Of a stretch of 64,000 nucleotides of DNA, positions 36,796-51,600 are shown one piece after another. Source of the DNA: Owenia fusiformis (lineage: Eukaryota). The notes under the pieces were generated by a model, which did not search any database, was not told the DNA's origin, and saw only the letters and a program-made list of their open reading frames with translations. The stretch is taken from assembly GCA_903813345.2 (NCBI GenBank), contig CAIIXF020000001.1, forward strand, positions 44,764,001 through 44,828,000, written 5' to 3'. The first letter of the stretch is position 1. Every line of letters starts with the position of its first letter. Both the position numbers and the translations under genes were made by a program.

Positions 36796-39760
36796 TAGAA
36801 TTGTTCGTATTTACTATCAAGCTGCTAAATTGGAAGTACACATGTATACAGTCTTTACGAGACGTTATGTAATAAAACATGTGAAATCAAATATTTCTGT
36901 AGTGGGTGATAATCGAGGTGACACGACACAAATGTTTTATTCGCTTCAAATATCCCAGCATTTCGTTTAGAGCAGTCGATTTGATTCGCTTCCCGGGATT
37001 TTTGAATACATCGAAACTATGCTAACATTTATGTGCAGTGGTTGATATTGGGACTACTGATAAACTGCTAAAAGAAATGAGTTGGCGACTTAGCACTGAG
37101 CCAAATGATCAACTGTCTTAGCTAAGTGCTGGTCATTGACCATGATAAGTTACTTTTTAGGCCATACCTGAGACTAACATAAAAGTTAGTCTCAGGCCAT
37201 ACCATGGGCTTTCACTTGAAGAGATTAACGGCTGAACTTGTAATGCCTGGTAAATTCAACTGTGTACCTATATTTGATATTCTGATGATAGCATTTCGCC
37301 CCACCACATTGGATGCTCCACCCATTGATCAGAGTCATTTATATTATTGTTTTGAAATATGAAAAAAGGAAGACTCTGTTGGAAAAAACTATAATTAGGG
37401 GTGCGGTAGGATGTTCGCGCCTTTTTCAATAACCTCGTGTTAGATAATAACCGATAACTGCGGTTCCGACGAATTTTGTTCATGAGTATGATTGACATTA
37501 ATTGTCATTGCATGTGCTGGTTCATCTCAAATAAGCACGGCTTTTAAGCAAAAGATAAGTTGTGTGAAAATTTTGAAACTTCATATAAAACGACCTGCTC
37601 CGAACCCATTGATCAAATTAGGCGATGATACCCCGTGTAACATAGGTTTAACTTTTTAAAGCATGTTTAAGTGAGTGTTGCTACTAGGGCCGTGCGGCGC
37701 AAATCGTGCATCTTCCTCCACTCTACTCCCCGGCAAATGCCGCAATGAAGAACAAGTGTGCGAAGACTAACAACAGCCATGTAACAGCACAATCATTGCC
37801 CTTTGTTTTGGCCAATATCCAACCACACTAATTTCATATCAGATATCACATTTCAGATAATAACCACACATTCATAAATATTAATAAATTAAGATACAGT
37901 ATCTTAGTTGATCAAACAAATGGTGAAATTAATAATTGTACAGTTACTATTTTTTTTGTATGAATCTTGTCTTTATTCTAGGTTACACAGTGTACGAATG
38001 GTGATCGCATGTCATAATTGTAAGTTATTTAGTTGCATTGGTAAGGTAAGGTATTCGAATCAGGGGATTGTCAATACTTGTGTAAAACATATGTTCTTGA
38101 GCCTGTCATACATTTGAATAACTTAATAGCGTAGTTTGACCCCACTTGATACAATCGTACAAGTACTCGTACATCTTGAGAACACGACTTCGCAACGAAA
38201 ATGTTTATATTAGCAACAGAACATAAAATCCACGATTGCCAAGGTCCCTGAGAGGTGGTAATGTTCAAATTGTGATTGTTAATTCTGTCTGGATATTTTC
38301 AAGAGTCCTTCGATTGTTCCAATAATACGTTCTCGAATAAAATATAACTATGCGCTAATTGCATGCAGTGATAGGTTGCAACTAGGCAATCCATTCAATA
38401 GAGAAGCGGTGTGGAGGTTTGACGTATTGCCCCGTAAGGTCCAACACGTTGAAGAGAAAGAAAGGATTGGAAGATCATATAAAATAGCTTTTTATGTGGA
38501 TTATAAAATATTTATCAAAAAGTAAAGGTAATGAATGTTTTTTTGTATTATGAGCATCAGTTATTTTTGTATATCATTGACTTGTATATCATATTGTAAC
38601 ATAATATAGACCTCGGTATAATTTAGATTCTCTGGTAATAATCATTTTGTCATCCAGACACTTTGTTTGTATATAGAGATAAATTAGATACATATAAGGT
38701 ATGGTCATTTTATTTGATATTTTGTCTGTAGATATATATTTAGATTTACTCGTATGTTACATCAATGATGTGTACTTCGAAAGAACAATAGTGTAAGGGT
38801 TGTATTAAAGATAAATACCACGTTTTGAGGAACACTGCTTCGCTTCGCTCGCTACGGTCATGGGCTTTCAAGAGATATGTTGAAAGCCCATGCTACGATT
38901 TTATACTAAAATACAAATAGAATTCTATCTATCTCAAAACTTTTTTTTCCAAAACTATAACGACTGAACTTTACGACATTTTATACTGTTAGTTGATATC
39001 GTTGTTCGTTTATACATATGCTATTTGGAGTTGACCTATATTTCATTTATTTTCTATTTAGTCTGTTTACAGAGTAGTCATAACACAATCGCACGAACCA
39101 CAATAACAAAACATCAAATTGTGAATCTGACATCTTCAACTCTAATTTTCAAGTATGGGTTGTTTATATATCAAAAGTCATTGAGTATGAGCATCTTTAG
39201 TAAACACTCTCTCTCTCTACCTTCATTCATACAGTCTTCGTCCCCAATAATTCAAAAATTGATTGATATGATTTTCGGGGCTATCAAAGTTTGTTTAATG
39301 TTTGGTTGGCTTTTGTCAGGATAATATCTAAGATTCTATTTAATAGTATGAGGGTAAATTCACAAAATAAATAAATCATGGTTGCATCAATCAAAATTTA
39401 TCGTAAAAATAGATCTTAACGACCTTTTTCTATTCAGAGACATATAAAAGTACCTGTTCTGTATTCAAGTCGATATTAATAGAAATTAAAACCGATCGGA
39501 GAAATTGAAAGTATTATCTGCTATAAACCATTAAAAATTGAAATCGATGTTGAAACTAAAACTAATTTATGTAATTTACTAAATCTGAGTGACAGATGAC
39601 ACAACGAGCCCTCCATCCCCCAGAGAATTCAATAGGGATAGTACATGATACTGTCAAATTAATCTTCGAGAAATCCTAATCCGATTGACCTTCCTCAGAA
39701 AAAATACAATTTGATTATTATCACATTGGAAAATTGACTTTCATCACGCTTTCTTCCAAT

Positions 39761-39825
39761 GTTGCCAATGATAACTTTCTTCTTTGTCCGTTTATATCGC
39801 TATATTTAGCCGTTTCCATAGCAAC
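39761..39825. promoter_or_regulatory. Pair of RFX X-box motifs upstream of the Tctex1-domain gene
   Basis: GTTGCCAATGATAAC (39761-39775) and canonical GTTTCCATAGCAAC (39812-39825). X-boxes are typical of ciliary gene promoters. Confidence 0.6.
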
Positions 39826-41359
39826 TTCATCTGAATCTTTTCAGCTGTATTCACCTACATCTTGACTGTATAAAATGACAAAAGTTTCAATCAATTACAC
39901 GTCAAAGGAATGTACAATTACCGCTAAATACGATGTTTATTGCTTTATCGAATAGGAATCTGTAGATTTGTCATTCTCCATGGTTAAATACAATTTAATT
40001 TGAATAATTTGTTGCAACAGCAATCTTGCATGGCTATGCGTAACAAGGATGAGGCAGTGCTTGTCTCCCCTATTTCAAGATTCTGGTTTTGGATATATCA
40101 CCCCCCTCTTGCCGTAAACTATCAGAAATCTGCTCGTACCCATCGAATCCCCTGGCTACGGGCCTGCTTCAGTTCAAAGCAGTTGATCCTAAGTAAAATA
40201 GTCAGTCACTTGTATTTCCCATATACTGGAAATGAGTTTTATGGTAAGATTGTACCATTTACCAGATCTTGAAGGATGCCTGGAGCTATTAAAAAACTTT
40301 ATCTCAGTGAAACTGCCCTCCAGTCTTTATAGTGAAATATTCAGCCACATGATCAAAAAGAACTGAAGAATATCTAATGAATTTGTTTCCAGGGTTTCGC
40401 TCTTAGCCAGATATTCTGTTTCTGATGATGCTGTATTAAAAAGCGGTGATATGGCAACCATTGCAGCTTTCTTTCAGAGCTTGCGTGGGCTTATCATTTC
40501 TTGGTTATATATTGTTATTTGATAATTGCAAACCTAAACAGAGGAAAGCAATTAGTCAAATGTACACATTATAATCTTATTCCCGTGAAAGAGGTAAACT
40601 CTGAAAAAACGATTAGCCTTGGTGATTATGGAATTTGGAACTATTTTATCGTGGTCATATATCAGATTTCAGTGATTATGAAATCGTATAATTAAATCAC
40701 CATGGATCTAATAAGATGAAATACGAGATTATACATTAATATGTTTCCATCCTCTTCAATCATTCGACGACAACCACTACATAAGTGTGTAAATTGATTC
40801 CGAATTAGTACTACTCTCAGTATTTTCTCTGGATGTAGTTCACGAGCTCTTGATGCCTCGTTACTTGATCAATAACCCAATATAGCATGGTTCACGGAAC
40901 CAGAATGTTGACTGAGTTATAGAATTGAATAAAAAGAAATGCAAAAACGCCTACAATAAATGTATTGAGCGAAAAAGTCAATCAAAAGGCCAAAAACATA
41001 ATTAATTGAATAAATACGATGTCTTCTTCAATTCAATTCAATTATTGCTATGGTTTGATGTAAATAATTTAGCTCTGCATGCTTCGTCAGCAGTAACATG
41101 AAATCATCAGGATCAAGATTTTCATTTACATTGATTTGCTTTTGTATTTTTTCAGAAAGACTAACGATGAATAATTACTCCCTTGGCGACACGTACACAA
41201 AACAAGAAGTTTAGGACAAGAACGAAGATTTCATTACAACTACTGCTAGAATCCATTATCAATTCTACATCGAGAGAAAACAATACGAACTCCATTAGAG
41301 TGGCCATAGGGTATTGACTTTCATTTCATTTCGTGATTAATTCATTAATAAAAAGCATC

Positions 41360-41983
41360 ATGTCAACACTCAGCGAGGAAAATGTGGCAAAGTTTAACCA
41401 AAGGCAGAGGAAGGTGTCGTCATTGGCACGTGATGGAGCGACTGATTCGGCTGTCACAGGGCCGACAATCCGAAGAATCTCCCGGGCGGAAGCCCAGGGA
41501 GCCGGTGGCGGATTGGGAGTTCCTGGACGTCGGATATCTTCGTATGGACGCGAGCGACGACTCAGCTCATCAGACCGTAGCGGAGGATTAACAAGCCGCC
41601 CCGAACCCGTGCCCACAATCGTGAAAGTTCAGAACACGTATCAAATGGAGCCCACCACCAATAACAAGTTCAACCCATCTCGTGTAGAAAAGGTGGCGCT
41701 GAGTATTTTGGATACGTACCTCGACTGTGAGGATTATAATGGTAAAAAGATGTCGCATCTAAGCCAGACATTGTCAGAAATGATAAAAAACAGAGTGAAA
41801 GAAATGAACTTCCCACGTTATAAAATAGTTTGTGTAGTCACCATCGGGCAGAATTGTGGTCAGGATTTTCGGTCCGCCAGTAGGTGTCTATGGGACAGGG
41901 ACAATGATACATTTGCTACAGTCACATTCAAGAACAGCTCCTTGTTTGCAATTGCCAATGTGTATGCAACGTATTTTGAATGA
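41360..41983 (+). CDS. Tctex1-domain dynein light chain (TCTEX1D1/DYNLT5-like), 207 aa, single coding exon
   Basis: QNTYQMEP...LSEMIKNRVKEMNFPRYKIVCVVTIGQ..GQ....SRCLWD..ND.FA..F.N.SLFAIA.VY.TYFE is the Tctex-1 domain. First ATG at 41360, upstream acceptor ttttcag at about 41155, AATAAA at about 41999. Confidence 0.92.
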   Translation: MSTLSEENVAKFNQRQRKVSSLARDGATDSAVTGPTIRRISRAEAQGAGGGLGVPGRRISSYGRERRLSSSDRSGGLTSRPEPVPTIVKVQNTYQMEPTTNNKFNPSRVEKVALSILDTYLDCEDYNGKKMSHLSQTLSEMIKNRVKEMNFPRYKIVCVVTIGQNCGQDFRSASRCLWDRDNDTFATVTFKNSSLFAIANVYATYFE

Positions 41984-44321
41984 AATGAAAGCGTTCAAAA
42001 TAAATGGAACACGGGTATGCCTATAATTCAAGCACAAGTGCCCACCAGGAGTAAATATGGAAGCTATAGACCATAGACATTATATTGAACATGGTGTGAT
42101 CTACACTGTAATGTTGGATGCTGATCATGACTATTTTCAAGCGAAAAGTACAATTCTGAAAATTTGTACGTGACTTGTGTTCGTCGGCTTTGTCGATTTT
42201 TTCACATATGACATGTTGCAATGGAAAAGGGTTTTCTATTTATTTTGTACTTTTGTTACATGAACCAAGGCCAAGTAGTTACAGAACGATTCCAGGGAAA
42301 ATACTCTCCATGCAATAAAAGAGATGAACTTTAAAATCCTTAAAGTATGATAAAACTATTTTTTAACAAGTATCACTTCTTTATAAAACTAATAATGCAT
42401 TCACATATCTGGAGCACGCTCTATACAGTTTCAATGCAAAATTAAAGGCATGTTAACGAAAGGTATGTTCATTCATAGTATAGCTACAAATCAATTTTAA
42501 ACAACGGATGGGAAATTGAGTGCAATAAACTAAGATGACGTCAAATCACATGTTTTTATTATACAATAGCGCTATTATGAATGTATAAATTTGAAATAAA
42601 TTAAAAACGCAACAATTAACATGCATCATTTTATGTAAATACAAACGAGCAAAGTGTGTAAGTGATGTGGTCCGAATTGAGTGTGGTCCGGGGTAATGGT
42701 TCTAAATAAAAATTTTATATTATTCACAACAGGCACAAAATATGATTTTGATTGACGTTTTTAAAAGCATCGTCATCCCGTCGTAACGTTACAGCCCAAA
42801 ATGAAACCATGAGTTTCCTGTAGTATATCAAATTATAGGAAATCCAAATATTTCAGCACTCGTCTAAATTTTTAAATGGAAATTTGAATTTGGTAATTGA
42901 CATCCTACGTATCTTACGTGCAACAAAAATCAGACAACATTTGAGGAAATTGGAAATGAAAATTACCATCAGTCTTAAAAGTACATGTAGTGTCATTACA
43001 GTAACAGCTTTTGTAGAATCAAGCTTGAGGCCGGGGTACCTTCGTTTGTTTATTCTAATTTTATACACTTGGGTTTACACAACGCGTTAAATAATTGCCA
43101 TCTATGAAGGATACCATTGGAAAAGAAAGTAACATTCACGGCCCCGGGGTAACATTCCTTCAAGGCTCATCGATACATATACTAAGAACATAAAGATGTC
43201 GCTTGATAAGTAAGAACATGTGAAATATTACCAGTGAACCAAGTAGCCAGAATTAATGATTTGGGCTTGCCAAAATTAAACTGCACAAATCAGTTAGTTC
43301 TCATGTTAGATTATTGCTGGTGCTGAGCAATCAACAAAACATTGTAATTATATTGAATTTTGCTTATCCATGGTTTTATTTACAGTAGCATTTACAATTT
43401 TTTTTTGATCAAATGGTCAAGTTATTCAATAAGCGACAACTGGGGAAATCAACTGTAAAAAGTATGAAAATATAAGGCTTCTTTTAAAGGCTGTCAATAT
43501 GTTACAATTTGAGTTATATAGGCCACTTCTAATAAGGCATACAGCAAATACAACTTACATTTAGAAAGGTTTTTCATGAGACAGGGGTATAACCAGGACC
43601 TTGAACCCGGTGTCAAAGAATTATGGTCCCCTGGGGATTATGGTCCCCTTTCCTTACGGCCCTGACTGTGTATAAATAATAAGGCAAATAATTGTAATTA
43701 GGTCACCATATAAATCAATAGAGAGTAGGACCAAAATGTGATAGGACCACATACCCTTTTAAACCGGGACCTTGAATAATTATAAATACGGTAAGTCTAA
43801 AACTCTTCCTCTACCTCGTGCCTAGCAATAGCCACACAAGGTGTTGAGTATTATATCATGTAAACTTAAATTGTATAAAATATTCATGCTGGTAACTTGG
43901 AAGACATCACTACACTTATACATATGCATTTTAAAATAATCTCAATGTAGTATTGTGCATTACATAAATAAACATGAATATAACAAAATGTCACTTCTTG
44001 GAAAGTTATTGCAAATGGTTACACAAGTGTAACAATTTGTTACAGACAGTGACAGCCAAACAATGAATACCAACAGTGCACCTGCCAAAAATGTTAGCTG
44101 TCACAATATGTGATCAAGTCTTGGTTAACATAATAAGCTGAATTCGAAAAAATTCTAATGTCAGAGATAAATGATTAAAATGAAACATTAATTTTGTTCT
44201 TGGTATACTGCACACATATTCACATTTTGTACACTATGTATAAAAATATTCTTCCAATAATTACCCATTTGTAATTAATTTTATGTCCATGAAAAAACCA
44301 ATTGAAAGGGGGTCATACATA

Positions 44322-45412
44322 CGAGGGGTGATCCAAAAGTCTTGGACGCCCTGCTCTAATTTTGTTGGCGTTTGATGAAATTACTTTAAACTTTCCAATA
44401 ATAAAGACCAACAACCGAACTACTTTGTGTATTAATTTCATGGAGAAATGATATGTTTTATGCAGATTTCTAGACAGTTTTTAATATGGGGACCCTGCCA
44501 CCCGGAACAGTATTCACACATGACAACTTTCAGCCTTAAATAATGCCGCCATTTGACTTGTTTCGCAAGTCTTGACCACTGTCTTTCTTTGAATTGTGAA
44601 TGTTAAACCATGCTAGTTTACTTCCTTTCTTACTAGGCAACCAATTAATTGTGTTTTAATTATAATGTCATATATGACAATGATCATATATGTCAATTCT
44701 AAGAAAATGACATCAGACAAGCAACCCTCATTCTGGTATCATTTTTGCTCCAAAATGGCTGCTGAAATGCAGAACATGAAAGAAATCAAAGTGGAACAAA
44801 GAATACTACAAGATATTTTCACTATTATTGACCTTTAGCAGCTACCATATGCACAATACAGTCTAGATATGGCTCCGTGTGATTTTCTTCCTTTTCTCGA
44901 AGTTGAAAGGAGGGTTGAAACAAAATGTTTTTTTACTCATTGGATGAGGTTTAGAGTGGCACTCCAGCAGCATTTGTATCACATAAGGAATGGCGGTTTA
45001 ATAAATGTCTTCCATTCATTGGTAAAGAGGTATGAAAGATGGGTTCAAATTCTTGGAAAATATGTTGAAAAGTAGGTCTAATATTTGAAGATGATGATGG
45101 CAGATGACACTCAGATTGAAAATCGGAAATTCTCTCATAAAATGACTGGTGTTAGGTTGTGCACCCACACCTAAAGTATTTGCCATATTATAACAGTTGT
45201 GACGTGATTTGCTATATTTAAATACCGTTCCGGGTGGCAGGGACCCAGTGTTAAACAATCTTAACAAAAAAGCTAAAATATATTATTACCTGTTGAAACT
45301 TATACACGAAGTTGTTAAGATGTTGATCTTCATTATCTGAAAGTTTCGGGCAATTACATTTGAAAATAGCAAAGTTAGAGCGGGGCGTCCAAGACTTTTG
45401 GATCACCCCTCG
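44322..45412 (+). mobile_element. Degenerate mariner element
   Basis: TA|CGAGGGGTGATCCAAAAGTCTTGGACGCCC ... GGGCGTCCAAGACTTTTGGATCACCCCTCG|TA. Remnant 'YSLDMAPCDF' (YSPDLAPxD motif) near 44857-44890. Confidence 0.85.
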
Positions 45413-45644
45413 TACATACAATTTCTCTATGAAATCCGAGGCTTATCCTCCCTAAATGACTTAGTTAACACCTTATGTCTTATGTCACGCATATCATCAC
45501 CAGAATGCATACACATGTGATTTCTGAGACCTATACTGTCTCTTTGACTTATCACCTTTTCTTGTCTTGCTTTTTATCAATTTCATTCAGAGAAACCTTC
45601 CTGGACACATTTGCTTTTCAGGCTAACTGAACATTAACACTGAA

Positions 45645-48600
45645 TCATTTCTGGGGGTTTGTTGCCTTCTTAATCCTTTCAACAACCTGGGAAAGATTTT
45701 GTTTGTAAAGTTTATCATTACTGAGATCAATGCTGCTATGTCTTGCTAGAATTTTTCGCACTTGAGCAGGTGCTCCCTCTGGAGGCCAGGCAGGGCAGAA
45801 ACGCAACATAAGAGGAATAATTGGCTTTTTCAATGTCTCCGCTAAAGTGAGGTCTTTGATACAATTATCACTCTGCATGTATTTTGGTGTGATGCAACAT
45901 ATCACAACAATTGCGGTTTTCATCGTGCGTTGAATCTGACTCTGGAGGGTCTCAATGGCTGCCTCCGTTGCATTTGCTGAAACAACGCTCCGTGTACTCA
46001 TACTACTGTGCCCTCTGGTGAGTGTAGCAGGACTTATATCTGCCCAACAACTGTAGCCATTGGTCTCTAGGTTGTGACGTATATCTTCTACCCGGGATTG
46101 CATGTCCCACTGGTAACTAATGAACACCTTTGCATCCTCTTCTTCACCATTCGGCCACTCATAGGTGGAGCCACTGGATGCTGAAAATACCAGGCAAATA
46201 TTACCATGAAGATCGCATGGCCATTAAGTAGATGAATGCAAATTCACAAATACAAGGTTTATTTTTGAAAGTCTTATGATAGTTTGCTGTACATCTATAC
46301 AATAAAAATCACTTAACAATATATAATAATCTAATAAAGATTTCTCTAAATTATAGATTTTCTTAATATTATCACATTATTGAGTCAAATATTAAAATGG
46401 TTTAATTAAGGGTATGTTGGAAAAGGAAAAAATATTCAAATAATGTAGTCAGTGGTTAAATAAAAATTAGTTGGTTATTTGTTTTATAGAAAATTTAGTT
46501 GGTTATTTTCTTTTATATGAATTATTTTGTTTAAATATGATATTATATTGAATTTTGATTATCTAGAGTATTGCATTATTCAATTTTTGAGAATTAATTT
46601 ATATGTCAAGTTTTATATAAAATCTATAATCAATTAATTAATTAGGGTAATGTGTTGTTTATTGCTTAGAATGATATAGACACTCAAAAATATTATATGG
46701 AATGTTATCATTTTTTAAAGAGCAGAAATAAAATAGTCTTGCAAGACTAGAAAGTAAATTAAAATATGTATTAAATTATATTATATAAGCCATTTAACTT
46801 TAAGTAATATGTACCTATTTACCATTTTACATAAAAAGGATTTGTATTATGATGTTATATGATAAAGTTGTTTAAAAGTGACACCTAGCAATGACAATAT
46901 TTTGGCATCTCATATGTTTCACACTAAATTTTAGATATAAAAATTGATTTTGTGGGTGAGTGGATGATTGGTTAAAAGGATGAGCAAAAATTATTTTTAG
47001 AATCCCATTGCAAGGGTGGATCTAGGTCGTTGTAGAATGGATTTCTGGTGTAAGATCTAGTGTGAAACTATTAAAACAACTCTAAAAGTTGTGAGATTTC
47101 ATTTTTGTCATTGAATGGTACCAGGTCTCATGTATATCCCACCAGTATATTGGAAATGTGATCCTAGATTGCGACTTCTGTACGTTCCAGGAAAAATCCA
47201 AATAAAGCCTGTAGAAGTATAACAGCATTTGAATAGATATGTAACCATAGAATGATGTTGTAATCTTAATTTGGCTAAAATATTTTCTTTAAACACCAGT
47301 TTTATGACTAATGATTTCAGAACAAAAGAAGACAACGTAAATTTGAATACCATGGATTTCTATTCTAAAATTCAGAATTCAGAACTTTCCTTTTGATGTA
47401 GGCTTCTAAAGGCAAGAACATGACGTCGATATGCCATATCAATATCTAATTCTTAATTTACACACACAAGACATAGAATGATTCGATTAGCTACCACAAA
47501 TACCATTATCAATATATCCCTATTGTCACAAAATCTATAAAGTAACTGATTCAATTCACAATTTATTCCTAAAGTCACATTTTGTCAGCATTCTTCAAAT
47601 AAAATAACAAGCTTCTAATAATAGATTATTTGAGAAATAAAAGGCTGGATACAGAAAATTGATTTTTGCATTTTTCAGTTTGTCATTAATGCTCAATTTC
47701 TTGAAATACTACCTCCAACAAATTACAGAACTTATGAACAGTGATAAGAGACAATCCATATTTCATGTGACATGCATAGTTTGAAATGAACATGTCTCAC
47801 AAATATAGGAATAGATGTGACACTCATAATTTGTGATATCTATGTTTTCTTATATGTACATTTGTAAATCATACGTGACATGCATATTTGAATAACATCC
47901 ATATTCTCCCCTTCATAAGTTTGGCAACCAAAAGTTTTCATTGGATAACATAGCAAAGCCTAACAACAATGTTTGAATCTTAGTTTTGTTCATTAAATAC
48001 AATAGTTCAGAAACATATGACTTTGATATTTTTCAAATTGCCAAACATAAACTGAAACAGGCTTTTAATAAATGGATGAAAAGGGGATCTTCTACATTAC
48101 GTTGCCAAACTTATAGAGGGGAGTGTACGGGTAATAAAAACAATAGAACAACAAGCCAGGCCCGTAGCCAGGATTTGCCAAGGGGGGGGGGGGGGGGGGG
48201 TCAGTTTTCAAACATTTCCAGGGGGTTCACATTTGACAAATTTGGCCCAAATATGACTAAAATCACTTGAGAAGTGCTCCAAATGGTGAAAAACTGCATG
48301 GTTTTGAAAGAATTTTTGGCCAGGGGGGGAACCCTGTGAACCCCCCTGGCTAGGGGCCTGCAAGCTAAACCTAATATAGGAAAATATAATTATTAACAAT
48401 ATATCTCAAACTCTAAATTCTAGATTGATCTATAAATGACCTACATATGAATAATAATATGGATATGAAGTGGTAATAAATATGTTTTTTGGGGTGACAA
48501 CACACAAATGAAAAACAATCAATATGCACAAATAACATACCATTCATTTTATGACAAGTCCATAAATCTGTATATGTCACTGTTCCCCAACTAGTGACGT

Positions 48601-51600
48601 CAAAGTAATAAAATAAGATTTTTTTTGTTTTCTTGATTTAAACCTACTTGTAAGTCAAGTTGCAGATCATCATTTGGCTCAAAGTCATGTTACGTATGTA
48701 ACTTAGTTTGGGAACAGTTATATGTACATGTGTGTCCTAAATCCACTATTAAGTAATGAATAACTGACATGATTATTAACAATCAACAACTAAATGTTAA
48801 TTCCACAATTTACATCATAAATAAATTACAGATCGAAAAAACAACATTGTTTTATTTTAAATAGTAATACACCTACCATTGGCATTAGCAAGGACTCCTA
48901 GAGGTTTCAGACCCTCCGCCATTTTGTTGAGATATGACTGCTCTAAAACGACACCAGCGACACTGCGTAGGGGTTTGATGTGGTGTTCTAACACATCCAT
49001 ACTCTCTGTATACATCTTAGTCTCAAAATCTACAGATGGACATTCGCCTGGAAAGTAAAATGATCATTATAGCGGTTTCTCAAGACCTATTCAAACAATA
49101 TTCTAGATTTTTCTTGAACATATATTAGAAAATAATATGAACATATCTTTTATTGAATGATTTTATTTGTTTTCAAATATTATGAAACTTTAGCCAAAAA
49201 GTTATATAATAGCTGACTACTTACAAGCTCATATATCAAGAAAAGGTATACAATGTACTGGTTATATTTTCTTGACTATTGATGTAATGATATTACAAAT
49301 GTATTTTTCATGTAAATGTTAGTAAAGAAGCACTTTTTAATAACTTTATTAAATAATTACCTAGAATTGCTTTTAAAACTGGTCTTAAAGTCGGCCAGGT
49401 ATTTTTGAACATTGCAGTAACTAATTTCTTTCCTAACCAATCAGCAAATAGGACTTCATGGAATACAAATGGAGACCCCGTAGTAGCATCGGTTAATAGG
49501 ACAAGAACATATGTCGCAGCTGCCATATGTGGCCCATTAAGACTCAAAAACTCATCCTTTGATTGGCCAAGTTTTTGGTGGTGTATCACCTGAAAATATA
49601 AATGGCAAATAATGTTATCAACCACACGTGCAAAGGGTATCCCAGAAGTTCTGTAAAACTAATATTATGATTGACACCACTCATCAGTTTTTTATCTAAA
49701 AAAACTTAAAGGCAGAATCAGATCTACAGGGGTGACAAAATTACAAGCAACATGTACAACTGACCTACCAATCTTTTCCTTACAATTTCAGAGACAATTA
49801 TATTAATTTCAAAAAGATTCATGATAATGATGATTGGTGAAGTTATCACAGATTCAAAGTGCAAAAATGGGTGAAAAATGTTTAATTTCTCTCAAATAAT
49901 AAGAATGGTAACCATTCTTATCGAAAAATAATACATTATTGTCAAAATCTTTAGTTTTCCTGAAATAAAGTGTGAACTTTGAGGTTTTTTGAAAATAGAC
50001 ATGACAAGGAATGATACGAGCCAGAAATATTCTAAAATTGAAACAATTTTTGGTTGGCCTGCTCGCTAGATCTGATTCTCTCTTTAAACAAACTCACATA
50101 CAGAATGCAAGATTATTATCTGAATATTTTATCAAATTGAAAATTGCCTTAACATAAACCATAATTTCTTAACATAAACCATGCAAATTCATAAAGTTGA
50201 TAAAACCATTGATGATTGTGTTTGCGTACACCATTGAAATAAACACAATAAAAAGAAAACAACCAACAACGACATATTTGCCTGTATAAGTATAGAAAAT
50301 TTAGCTGTTCCCAAACACCAAACAATTAAGATCAAATACTTTCTTCAAACAAAATATTGATAAGTAAACTATGGATCAATTGGTTTTATGTCATTTGATA
50401 TCGAACAAACAAATAGGGACAATAATAAATATTTCAAAATCTATATTTACACAAGGACTCAGCTATGTGGTGGGTTAAGGCTGGTGAGATAACTCTTGTT
50501 ATGACTTTTGAGAGGTTTGCTTCAGATGAATTTGCTTAACATTTTGCCAGCTGGAGGATTGCAAGGATTTCATTCCATATTTCAACTCATTATCACTCAG
50601 TAATGCCCACTTTTATGTATAAAAAAGTAAAAAATACCACCCGTAAACTTCCTTAATCCATTGTTACGAATATATAAGATGCTTAGGTTTCTCAATGTTA
50701 AGACCATGGGGTTCTACAGTCACATCATTTAACAATATTACGAAATCCAAACTGATTGTGCCAAATTGTGTTTTTTACAACTAAATATAACAAAACAAGA
50801 AAATAAGCACAGATTGATATCATATTAAATACACTGATGCAAAAAAAGATATTAGAATTGAAATTTTAAGAAAAAGTCTGTAGAGTCTATGTATCTACAG
50901 ATTCATCAGATTGGATGTTTCAATAGGTATGGAATTGTGCTTTCCTTGTTCAAGATAAACTCTTGTTCAACTAACATCTAAAGATAAAAAGTGTTCATAC
51001 CTGCAGGCCTTTCTTCAGGAGATCTTGCTTCAAGTTTTGAGCCAACCTCACATCAGCTGGATCATATACCAAATAAACACAATTTGGTCTTGAACGTTGA
51101 GTTCTAGACCGAAGATGCCAGTTGTCATTTAACTTATGTTCCTTATCTAATGTAGCTAGAATGTGTTGCATCACCTTCTTCCGTACAACTCTACTATCAA
51201 CCTGTAAATGGTTGATCATGTCCTGATCTGTCATGGACATTAAAAGGAACCCATCTACCATATATTCAGCCAGACTTTGCCTGTAGAACTCTTTAATGCC
51301 AAGTTTAAACAGCCATTCTTGAAGATCATTGTTACTCCATTGACAGATCTTTTTCTTTTTGTAATCTCCGGTGAATTCTTCCTCAGGAGTTTTTGGCTGA
51401 GGTGGAACGTTCATTGTTGCAATTCGATCTAAAGTTTCCATCAGGTTACCGACAGCAATTGAGCTTTTCTCCGCCAAACTTAATTTTGCTATCGCTTGGC
51501 TAGTAAGATCTATAATATTAGAATACAACGGAGTGAATGCTTTTGGGATTTCCATATCCTCAGATGATGAATATAATACTGTTAAAATTGTGATGGAATT

